Virus record (IMG/VR): IMGVR_UViG_3300030392_001166
Location: 1-43,005 of that record
Reading direction: 5' to 3' (one strand)
Origin: a virus
Lineage: Duplodnaviria; Caudoviricetes
DNA length: 43,005 nt
Of this stretch, positions 27,335 through 35,397 are shown piece after piece. Made by a program: the position numbers and the translations under genes. The stretch's first letter is position 1; every line of letters begins with the position of its first letter. The notes below the pieces were generated by a model. The model had not been told where the DNA came from. It was given only the letters and a program-made list of their open reading frames with translations, and made no database searches.

Positions 27335-27559
27335 CTACGGCAACTCTGACTCCGAGGTATACTCCATTTCTAGTAGTATCTCTAGCCAATGAATAGCCTT
27401 TAACAGATCATCCTTGCCTCCTTTTTCCTTGTGTCTTGAGACATACTTTATTACATTCCCCTCTGCGAATCCTAGGTGATTCTTCATAGCATACTCGGCA
27501 GGTTGAATTGCCATACGCTTATAGTGATTTCCAGCCACTTGCATCTCTAGTGCTTTCAT
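27335..27559 (-). CDS. DUF3310 protein (related to the T7 gp1.7 nucleotide kinase domain)
   Basis: QVAGNHYK..IQP..GNVIKYVSRH..KGG..DLLKAIHWL; GGAGG RBS before ATG 27559. Confidence 0.85.
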   Translation of the reverse strand: MKALEMQVAGNHYKRMAIQPAEYAMKNHLGFAEGNVIKYVSRHKEKGGKDDLLKAIHWLEILLEMEYTSESELP

Positions 27560-27730
27560 TGTATCCTCCACAGGATTCTATCATTGCAGTGTCGTATACT
27601 TCTTCAACTTCTGGTTGGTCTGGATTTTCTTCTTGGATTTTTTCTACACTCATTACATATTCCACTTGATAGTATTTTCCACTCTTTGCACTTAGGGCAC
27701 TTGCCCATGTAATTAGTTCGTATCTCTTTT

Positions 27731-28936
27731 CTAGTTTTCTCCTGTCCATTCATAGATAATTCCTTTATTAGTGGAGGTTTCTCGGACCTCACGAGAGCCT
27801 GATCCTCCCCCTATTGTTTTTATTACTCCGTCTAAAATGTCACCACTTATTCCAGAATGTGAAAGATTTTGCAGGATCTTTCGACGACTTATCTTATTGT
27901 TCTTTTTAATATATGATCTAACCTTCTCGGTCACGGCTCCTTCCTGGGTAGTCTCTAGGTACCTGATGATCTTGCTCAGGTACCGTTCGTTTCCACTAAG
28001 GATGGCCATAGCATACTCTAGGTCACTTGCCTTGATGTCCATGTCATCGTTAAAGGATGCACTTATAACCATAGCTAGCTTTATGACTGTGTCTCTTTTT
28101 TTTCCATAGTACCCCCAGAGATCCCTAGGTTTATTAGTAGGAGCAGAATCCCTGTACCAACTGTCGTAAAGATCTTCGGCTTCTGGAGTCCACTCAAAAT
28201 TGCCGTCTAGGTCATGAACCTTTTGCAAGTCATGGATACAATCCTCCCTAGCGTCTTGAATATCCTGGGTAAAAGTTTTCTGCGGATGAGGGTTAGACTT
28301 TCCAGACGGCTCTCTAGGAATAGGGAGTAGTCGAGAGAAAAAGCCTCCACTGATATGCTGTGCTCCTAAACTGTCTCGAAACCAGCTTTCCGTACTTCCT
28401 GATACCATATTCCCGAAACACTTATTGAAGGTTTCTGTTCCATGTATCCTGGTCTTATTAGAGGCAAAGTCATCACAGTCATGCAAACGAGTTAGAAAGG
28501 GTACAAACTCTTTATCTCTAGTGGTATCCCCTAGGAGCTCTATAAATTCAGAGTTAGAAATATGAACATCGCTTATGTCTTTTTCCCTATATCTCTCCGC
28601 TAGTGCCTCCACTAATCCAGACTTAGTAATGTTATCACTCGCAAGATGTATGTCATCCCCGATAGATTCCATTAATACTTTCTTACCCATGCTGATACTG
28701 GTGCTCTTATGGGTAAGCTGACTGTCCCCCACCAAGACTATAAAGAAGTTTGGGTAGAGCGTAAAAAATCCTCTGTTGTTAAAACACTTCCTTCCTAAGG
28801 CGGTACCTAATATCGAGATGGCGTTCCATAGATGATAGTCTTCGGGAGATTCTTGCGGATTAGTCCAGAAGAGATAAGACTCTAAGAATCCTCCCTTGCA
28901 TCTTCTCCCTTCGCCTGCTGGATTTAGAACAGTCAT
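27731..28936 (-). CDS. DUF3987/YfjI-like P-loop protein (probable replicative helicase-like)
   Basis: ESPEDYHLW, LYPNFFIVLVG..THKST, GGFFSRL; winged-helix-like C-terminus. Confidence 0.75.
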   Translation of the reverse strand: MTVLNPAGEGRRCKGGFLESYLFWTNPQESPEDYHLWNAISILGTALGRKCFNNRGFFTLYPNFFIVLVGDSQLTHKSTSISMGKKVLMESIGDDIHLASDNITKSGLVEALAERYREKDISDVHISNSEFIELLGDTTRDKEFVPFLTRLHDCDDFASNKTRIHGTETFNKCFGNMVSGSTESWFRDSLGAQHISGGFFSRLLPIPREPSGKSNPHPQKTFTQDIQDAREDCIHDLQKVHDLDGNFEWTPEAEDLYDSWYRDSAPTNKPRDLWGYYGKKRDTVIKLAMVISASFNDDMDIKASDLEYAMAILSGNERYLSKIIRYLETTQEGAVTEKVRSYIKKNNKISRRKILQNLSHSGISGDILDGVIKTIGGGSGSREVRETSTNKGIIYEWTGEN

Positions 28937-29199
28937 TAAATGTCAATTTCATTTTGGGGTGCCTGAGGTTCTATATCTCCCGTAACCTTACGGGTTTGGG
29001 AATTGTATTCCCCTGTACTCATATTTTTATAGATGGTTTCTCCTAAGAGTCCCTCTTTCTGGAGGACTCCTCTCATAGTACGGTTTGCTTCTGTTAGTTC
29101 TTTTTGGTATACCCTTAGCGCGTTTTCGACAGCAGTTAGTTGCGCCGTGCAAATATCTAGGTGCTTCACGAAAAGGTTTACTAGTTCTTCGTTAGTCAT
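28936..29199 (-). CDS. Hypothetical coiled-coil protein
   Basis: Translationally coupled ORF between polA and the DUF3987 gene. Confidence 0.65.
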   Translation of the reverse strand: MTNEELVNLFVKHLDICTAQLTAVENALRVYQKELTEANRTMRGVLQKEGLLGETIYKNMSTGEYNSQTRKVTGDIEPQAPQNEIDI

Positions 29200-31663
29200 A
29201 TCTTACGATCTCCGTGTCTGTTATGTCGTTAAAGTTCTCTCCCCATCCAATTTCTAAGGGAACTGTAATAGTTATATCCCCTTTTCTAAGAGGTATGTTA
29301 AATGCATTAGTAACGATCTCTGTTGTCTTTTCTCTTTTTCCATTTGGAGATCTAATAGCTGCGCCGTCATGTGTATTGAGCGCAACCCTAATTTTGTGAG
29401 GTTTCCCGGTCCTATGGATCTTACTAGTCCCAAGGATGTTAAGTTCTCCGATAAGAGACTGCATAGGCCAAGCGTAGGCATGGCGTAGGAGCTCGTCAGA
29501 GAATGGTGCAACAAAGACTCTTCTTCTGCCCAGTAAGGAAACTAGACTTCTGGTTTCCTTGACTTCTCTTTTGATTCGCTCCATACGCAGTCTGATTCCT
29601 GGGAACTTGGTGTGGTACATTGCAAGTATCGCCTCACAGACTCCACTAGGGAGACCTGTTTCCTTCGAGAGCTTAGCGGGATGTACCCCATAATTGGCGG
29701 CATGGACACACTGTTTAGAACGATGGTACGCTTCATATTCATTTTCTTTAAAAGTTTCCTCATAGGCCTCAGGATGATTTTCCTGAATCCATTCTTTCAG
29801 CCACTGGTGGATCTTTATCCCAGAATCTAACATTGTCAACATACCACTTTCCCCTGCATCCAATGCAGTGGTATAGGCTTCCGCAGCCCAGAGATCTATC
29901 AGACAAAATTCTTCCCCTACATCAGGGACAATCATACGCCGTAGAAGACCTTTGCTTATATTCTGTAAGTTCGTACCACACTGTTCCCATTTCTCTTCCT
30001 CTTGGTTCCATACTACTATGTCGCTTTTCTTGCTGTTAAGTCTGCCAGTATGGGTGCCCAATTCAGTATCATCCGTAGCAGCTCTTCCTCCAATTCCGTA
30101 CTTAGTGTGCAATCTTCTTTCTCTAAGAGGTGTTTTAAGTCTTCCCGAAATAACGGTAGACTCTTTATATTTGGCGTACCACTTTGCAAGACTAGCGACT
30201 CCTATCCGCTTATCCTTCTGATATTTCTCCATAGCGTGTTTATCAAATGTGATAGTTTTGTTTACCCCATAAAAAGGTTTGCATCCAAGGATACTTAAAA
30301 AGAGATGTTTTCTATCTGCGGAACTATTTGGCTTGGTCTTGTGGGAATATTTTTTGTCTCCAGTAATCCGATAGGGAAGTACATCATCTAGTGCTTCCAA
30401 GATATTTTCCTGTAATTGCAACTCGTGCAACAATGCGTCTGACCGTAGCTTTTCGTCTACCGCAACCCCAGTCATTTGCATGTCTGCCAACATAGGAATA
30501 GCAGCTAAGGGTATAGCTCGCAGATGTGGCAAGGGATCGTGATTGAATGTCTTTTTTATTTCCTTACACTCTTCTAACTGCCCCTCCATTACATGGATAT
30601 TTGCTATTACGTCGGCACAATTGTACTCCCAGCGATCTTCTAGTTTAGAACTACTGATAAGATATTTTTGATACGGGAGCCTCGTATACAACGATATGAG
30701 TGTTCCGAGGTCTGCTGGTAGATCACAATAGAGGGAGTGATTGGCCACCATAGTATCCCAAATTAGATTTTTAACTCTGATATTATAGTATGTTCCCAAT
30801 ATAACTGTATCAAACTGGGAATTCTGTGCAACCTTAGGCGTTTCACTTTCTAGTATCTCCTTCACCAGTGAGTAGATAACATGTTCCTCCTGGGGTTTCG
30901 TCCAGTATCGCTGCAAATTGCTGGAACTCTCTGTCCAGAAAGGGATACATACTGCCCTCTCCCGAATACCAGCTAGGCCTATACAATCCATCAAGGAGTA
31001 TCCAGCACCCTTCCAGCATTCGATGTCGTAGCTCACTATTTTCGCGTGATCTCTTATCCATTCTAGTTCCTTCTTAGCCATCTCAAAGGATGGATTTATT
31101 ATGCATTTAAATTTAAAGTGATCTAGGTCCTTGGAAAGCATGGCTTCTTTTGCCTTATGAAGATCTGCTTCAAAGAGTGCTTCGGCTTGTCCAGCGTTCA
31201 TACCGTATGCAGTCCTAAGACAATGGGAGGGATGGTAGGTTGCCATCACCTTTCCCCTGAGATCTATCTCCCAGAAAATATGCCCTCTCCATTTTGACAT
31301 AGTGCCATCTTTTCCCATTAGATATTTAAGAGGCCATTTGCCAACACAAAGAACAAGGTTAGGCTTGGAGTCTGTAATTCTTCGGCGCAAGCGGTCTACG
31401 GATGCTAGGAGTCTAGGGATCTGCTCTTCCTCCTCGAAGAAATCAAACTTATTCTTAGGAGGTCGCTCGCTTATTAAGTTCTCGTATCTAACGTCGTCCT
31501 GATTTATTCCTACTTTCCCCAGCGTGTTTCTTAGGAGTCTTCCCGCAGCCCCTACAAAAGGACAGGGTTCCCCCAACGTCTTAGATTTTGCTTCTTCGTC
31601 CTTTCCGTAGGCCTCACCTACTATCCAGAGTGGGGCGTCAAGGGGTCCTGAGCCTTCTTGCAT
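29192..31663 (-). CDS. polA: Family A DNA polymerase with N-terminal uracil-DNA-glycosylase-like (family 4/SPO1-type) domain and 3'-5' exonuclease
   Basis: UDG: GEAYG..EE, PFVGAAG, TYHPS; Exo: YDIE, QNSQFD, YNCAD; Pol: TGRLNS, NLQNI, motif A DLWAAE, motif B K...HAANYG, motif C HD. Confidence 0.92.
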   Translation of the reverse strand: MQEGSGPLDAPLWIVGEAYGKDEEAKSKTLGEPCPFVGAAGRLLRNTLGKVGINQDDVRYENLISERPPKNKFDFFEEEEQIPRLLASVDRLRRRITDSKPNLVLCVGKWPLKYLMGKDGTMSKWRGHIFWEIDLRGKVMATYHPSHCLRTAYGMNAGQAEALFEADLHKAKEAMLSKDLDHFKFKCIINPSFEMAKKELEWIRDHAKIVSYDIECWKGAGYSLMDCIGLAGIRERAVCIPFWTESSSNLQRYWTKPQEEHVIYSLVKEILESETPKVAQNSQFDTVILGTYYNIRVKNLIWDTMVANHSLYCDLPADLGTLISLYTRLPYQKYLISSSKLEDRWEYNCADVIANIHVMEGQLEECKEIKKTFNHDPLPHLRAIPLAAIPMLADMQMTGVAVDEKLRSDALLHELQLQENILEALDDVLPYRITGDKKYSHKTKPNSSADRKHLFLSILGCKPFYGVNKTITFDKHAMEKYQKDKRIGVASLAKWYAKYKESTVISGRLKTPLRERRLHTKYGIGGRAATDDTELGTHTGRLNSKKSDIVVWNQEEEKWEQCGTNLQNISKGLLRRMIVPDVGEEFCLIDLWAAEAYTTALDAGESGMLTMLDSGIKIHQWLKEWIQENHPEAYEETFKENEYEAYHRSKQCVHAANYGVHPAKLSKETGLPSGVCEAILAMYHTKFPGIRLRMERIKREVKETRSLVSLLGRRRVFVAPFSDELLRHAYAWPMQSLIGELNILGTSKIHRTGKPHKIRVALNTHDGAAIRSPNGKREKTTEIVTNAFNIPLRKGDITITVPLEIGWGENFNDITDTEIVRYD

Positions 31664-31706
31664 TCTTTAAATTCCTTTAAGGTTTTATTTAATTTCTCAT
31701 TGTTCA

Positions 31707-32276
31707 TTAAAAGTCTGCCTTAAGATACTTCTTCTTAGCCCAATAAAAGAGTTTCCTAGTGGCACGGATATCCTCTATGGCATCATGTGGCGTAAGCGCA
31801 ATCCTCTCTGCCTCGGCGACAGTCTTCAGTTTATGATTTGGATATGAAAGTTCCAAGGCGCAGTCAAGACACAGATAAAGACTATAGACATCCATAACTT
31901 TATACTCAAAATAACTTCCAAACCACTTGTCCCCCATTTTATACCAAAACGCTTGGAGAAACTTCTGGTCAAATGGCGTGTTCCAACCTGCCATAATGTA
32001 TTTGTCATTTTTCTTATACTTGTCTATGTATTTTTCTAAGAATACTTTTAGTTTTTCGAACTCCTTGTGAGGATCTGGCCGCGCAAGGAGTTCTTTCTCA
32101 GTAGTGTTAGTTACCTTAAGAGCCTTGGGATTTATTTCACCTCCTGTGGGCTTGCACTTGAACTCATACTCTCCTAGGATTTTGCCGTCTTCTTCTACCA
32201 GGCAAGCCAGTTGAACTAGGTCATTCCTGCTGGAACTTAGTCCTGTGGTTTCTACATCAAACCAGAATAGTTTCAT
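31707..32276 (-). CDS. DEDDh 3'-5' exonuclease (DnaQ-like)
   Basis: FDVETTGL, GWNTPFD, HDAIEDI; ATGA coupling at 32276. Confidence 0.92.
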   Translation of the reverse strand: MKLFWFDVETTGLSSSRNDLVQLACLVEEDGKILGEYEFKCKPTGGEINPKALKVTNTTEKELLARPDPHKEFEKLKVFLEKYIDKYKKNDKYIMAGWNTPFDQKFLQAFWYKMGDKWFGSYFEYKVMDVYSLYLCLDCALELSYPNHKLKTVAEAERIALTPHDAIEDIRATRKLFYWAKKKYLKADF

Positions 32277-32491
32277 TCTGACCCTTTGTTTTTCTGGCAG
32301 CAAGATTTAACCCAGTCATTGTCCTCAGCCCAGATTTCTAGTTCTGCTTTTGAGAATATATCCTCAGGTTGATAATTGTTTTCTACTACATAGTCATAGA
32401 ACTCTCGCAATTTATCGGATATTTCACTATTCATATTTTCTGATTCCCGGTCCCCATAGTAGTTCTTGATTTCTTCCATTTCATCCACCAA
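32273..32491 (-). CDS. Small acidic hypothetical protein (start uncertain)
   Basis: ORF coupled to the exonuclease gene; very acidic. Confidence 0.5.
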   Translation of the reverse strand: MVDEMEEIKNYYGDRESENMNSEISDKLREFYDYVVENNYQPEDIFSKAELEIWAEDNDWVKSCCQKNKGSE

Positions 32492-32817
32492 TAAGTCCTC
32501 TCATTTGTTTTTCTAGTTTGTTTATTTTCTGCATCTGCCACTCTAGTCGAGCTACCATTGTCAGTATTACTAGGACTAACATCACTGGTAGAAGCCAATC
32601 TAGAATTCTTTCCCACGTTAGGTTTAGCATTTTTATCCTCTGGATTATTCATTCTTTCTATTTCGAGTTCTATTTCTCTCCATATATGTGTCTTGTTTTC
32701 TACTAGCTTTTTATATTCCTGAGTGTCTGTTTCCTTGTCTATTTCTTTAAGGGTACTTATTAGGGTTAACTGTCCCCAATCATCTATAAGGTTAATTAGC
32801 GGCTTTCTTGCTATCAC
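32431..32817 (-). CDS. Hypothetical protein
   Basis: In-operon ORF overlapping the ParB stop. Confidence 0.5.
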   Translation of the reverse strand: MIARKPLINLIDDWGQLTLISTLKEIDKETDTQEYKKLVENKTHIWREIELEIERMNNPEDKNAKPNVGKNSRLASTSDVSPSNTDNGSSTRVADAENKQTRKTNERTYWWMKWKKSRTTMGTGNQKI

Positions 32818-33952
32818 TTTTCTCCTCTCTTTTTATTAGCTTGTCATAAAGAATCTTAGTAGGGCAAGCAGCGTACCAAGATCTTCCCTGTTCCATACAC
32901 TGAAGTGCAAAGTTAGTCCCGTAACAAAGAGGATCTAGGATGTACTGACCCTTGTGGGTACACCGTAAGATGAGTTGCTCCAAAAGGCTTCGGGGCTTTT
33001 CCAGAAAGTTAAAGGCATCTTTCACCGGGTTATGTGCCATGAGTTTTTTAATATCCCTAGGAGGTTCAGAAATATTCTTAGAAAACCAGAAGAACATACG
33101 GAACCTATCCTCTCCTCTTATGTGCCAGATAAAGGGAGTCTTGGAATAATTATTAGTGAGCTGAGAAATCCAGCCCCGTATCATTATTTGATCCTCATAC
33201 GAACAGAAGATCCAGGCATGACCTGTGAGCTTAAGGATACGGAAGAGCTCTTGGACTATGCTCTCCATAGGGAACTCCTCTAGATCCGTAATAATGCAGT
33301 CAGCTATTTCGGAATCTAGAGTGGGAAGAAGGGATTCGGGAAGCTCATAGATAAATGACTCTTTTAACTTCATTATAAAGTCAGAGTCCCGCACCATAAA
33401 TTGGCCACGCTTGATCTTTAGGAATAGTCTTCTGGCTTCCTTACGATTCTTACATACAGACACCTCAGGATAGGTCTCAGCCGCCTCAGCCAGTTCGATG
33501 GCCTCCGATATCTTACCAGCACTTCTTCCGAGGGCGTCGGCAGTTCTTTGTTGTGTCCATGTACCTGGGTAAGTACGGAGGGAATTGAATTTGTTTTTCT
33601 TAAGTCTATGTAACTGGCGTATTCCTTCGTCTTCTTCTTGCCAGGGAATGTCAACTCGCTGTATGTTTTCTTCCAGTTCTTGCTCAAGGGCTTCATCTGG
33701 GGTTAAGTTTTCTTTTACTGTAGACTTTATTACATCCCATTCTAGGGAGATGGCTGTTTTTAGTCTACGTCCTCCTGCTATTAGGTCATATCTCCCACCT
33801 TCTTTCTTATGCACTAGGATAGGTTGAAGGAGTCCCATGCGGTCCATAGAAACTCTAAGGCTTTCCATATCCACAAAGGTCTCTCGAACTCTATCTGGTA
33901 CATCTATGCGGGAGATTTCTAGATCGAATATGTCCTCCGACTTTTTAGGCAT
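32792..33952 (-). CDS. ParB/Srx N-terminal domain + HTH + degenerate N6/N4 DNA methyltransferase domain
   Basis: GLLQPILV, LIAGGRRL, ELEENIQR; HTH WTQQRTADALG; MTase remnants DCIITDLEE, EKPRSLLEQLI, ILDPLCYGT. Confidence 0.85.
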   Translation of the reverse strand: MPKKSEDIFDLEISRIDVPDRVRETFVDMESLRVSMDRMGLLQPILVHKKEGGRYDLIAGGRRLKTAISLEWDVIKSTVKENLTPDEALEQELEENIQRVDIPWQEEDEGIRQLHRLKKNKFNSLRTYPGTWTQQRTADALGRSAGKISEAIELAEAAETYPEVSVCKNRKEARRLFLKIKRGQFMVRDSDFIMKLKESFIYELPESLLPTLDSEIADCIITDLEEFPMESIVQELFRILKLTGHAWIFCSYEDQIMIRGWISQLTNNYSKTPFIWHIRGEDRFRMFFWFSKNISEPPRDIKKLMAHNPVKDAFNFLEKPRSLLEQLILRCTHKGQYILDPLCYGTNFALQCMEQGRSWYAACPTKILYDKLIKREEKSDSKKAAN

Positions 33953-33992
33953 AAGGTTCCTTTCATTTTAATTTTTCTTTTATTTAAAAGAG

Positions 33993-34072
33993 TCCTAGGT
34001 TTTTGGTTTATTCCTGGGGGAAAGGCGGGTCCCAGTGAATGGGCAGAACCTAGGAAAACTGCACTACCAGGA
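33993..34072 (-). ncRNA. Candidate pseudoknotted structured RNA
   Basis: P1 UCCUGG/CCAGGA encloses two hairpins; a 9-bp loop segment UCCUAGGUU pairs with downstream AACCUAGGA. Confidence 0.5.
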
Positions 34073-34083
34073 TCTTAAAAGAA

Positions 34084-34165
34084 GGAGTAGCCCATCGCTA
34101 GGACGTGGTATGAGCTACGAGAGTTTCATCTCGACCGCTATCCATAACGGCGGTAGGGCTACTCC
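34084..34165 (-). ncRNA. Candidate multi-branched structured RNA or terminator-like element
   Basis: 10-bp outer stem GGAGUAGCCC/GGGCUACUCC with inner ACCGC/GCGGU and CGAGA/UCUCG hairpins, followed by UUCUUUU on the - strand. Confidence 0.5.
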
Positions 34166-34173
34166 AAAGGGTT

Positions 34174-34608
34174 CTACATCTCAGGTCTTAACTTCTTAAT
34201 AGAGTTAGTAAATTCTCCCTTGACTACCTTTCCACCTTCCTTCTTAGGGACCTCTTTGACATCCGCAATACATTCTGCGTGTTTTATGTCATCCGTGTCC
34301 AGCTTATCATTGCGGTCTAGGCCACATGCTATTTGTATCATAGCGATGCCGTCTACCCGCTGCTGAATAGCTCTTTCGTCTATCCCATCGCAAGGACACA
34401 TTTGATAGTGCCACAGCTTTGCGCCAGCGAACTCAGACTCCTGCCTAACTACTAGGGTTAGCTCTAACATGGGCTGACCCTGGGTCTTTTCTCCGTTTGA
34501 GGTCCGAAGATCAACCCCATCTATTCGGACAGGATAAGAGTCCGTAGGTAGGAGTTTAAAGACCTCTCCGTCCGACTTGCCCGCACCTGGGGCTTCTATA
34601 ATAGGCAT
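34174..34608 (-). CDS. DUF669-like single-stranded DNA-binding protein
   Basis: FKLLP..YPVRI..V..SNG..PMLELTL.V..FAGAKLWH..NSIK pattern; directly downstream of the Sak4-like ATPase. Confidence 0.7.
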   Translation of the reverse strand: MPIIEAPGAGKSDGEVFKLLPTDSYPVRIDGVDLRTSNGEKTQGQPMLELTLVVRQESEFAGAKLWHYQMCPCDGIDERAIQQRVDGIAMIQIACGLDRNDKLDTDDIKHAECIADVKEVPKKEGGKVVKGEFTNSIKKLRPEM

Positions 34609-34628
34609 TATACCTATCTCCTTTCAGT

Positions 34629-35360
34629 TTAGGAAAGAGAACCATTCCCTTTCCTTGCGTGAGCTGTTACTTTATCGAAAGTAGGATCTTCCATACTTCC
34701 CTCGCCAGAAAGATTGAGCGATCCTGCCATGTGATGTTTGTACTTTTGCCAGTGAAGCATCCTCTCACCGTTGTCCTTAGCTTCTAGATGCCAGACATTC
34801 TTAAAAAAGGCGGGAAGATGTGTGATTATCTTCTGTCCAGTAATAAGAGGAGTAATAGCGTGGGTATGAGCATCAGAGTCTATATGGTAGTGCTCGTGCG
34901 CTAGGATGAAGATGTTCTTATCCTGTACGGTAGCTACTTGGAACTTAAAGAAATACTTGAACTCATTTCCCAGGGTTCCGTAGTGCTGTATAAGAGGATT
35001 AGATCGAGGGTCCCTTCCATCGAGGATTACGGCATACCTTAGAAGTATGAGATCCAGATTAGTAAGAGAGTCTACTGCTAGACTTGCTATGTCTGGGTCT
35101 GCTAAATCTTTCTTCCAGTTCTTCTGGAACCTAGCGTACTCTGCAAGGGATTTCGCTACGTCAGTTATATCGTAGGTTTCTATTGTTACCCCTTCGATTC
35201 CAAAAAGAGGTTCATACTTGTGGTCAAAGTCGTGAACTTTTAGGGGCTTAGGAACCCCTCTAAGAAAGTGGGTTTTCCCACAAAAGGGTTGACCATAGAG
35301 TAGTACTATCCAATTCTTAGGGACTCCCGCTTCTAGTTCTTCCATCTTAAGAGTTGCCAT
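34629..35360 (-). CDS. AAA_24/Sak4-like ATPase (ssDNA annealing/recombination)
   Basis: LLYGQPFCGKT, HDFD, LAVDSLT, FILAHE. Confidence 0.85.
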   Translation of the reverse strand: MATLKMEELEAGVPKNWIVLLYGQPFCGKTHFLRGVPKPLKVHDFDHKYEPLFGIEGVTIETYDITDVAKSLAEYARFQKNWKKDLADPDIASLAVDSLTNLDLILLRYAVILDGRDPRSNPLIQHYGTLGNEFKYFFKFQVATVQDKNIFILAHEHYHIDSDAHTHAITPLITGQKIITHLPAFFKNVWHLEAKDNGERMLHWQKYKHHMAGSLNLSGEGSMEDPTFDKVTAHARKGNGSLS

Positions 35361-35397
35361 CTTTTTTTTCCTTTCCTGGTTTTAGTAATTCTGCCGT

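Noticed and set aside
27519-27792. Small gene between DUF3987 and DUF3310
   Set aside because: Two competing frames (CxxC..CxxC peptide 27604-27708 versus acidic 27519-27749); one is probably real but I cannot decide which
34087-34166. tRNA gene (7-bp stem plus UCCA, UUCA in a loop)
   Set aside because: No GTTCRA T-loop, a 6-nt anticodon loop, no U8, and antisense to the operon; kept only as a structured-RNA candidate
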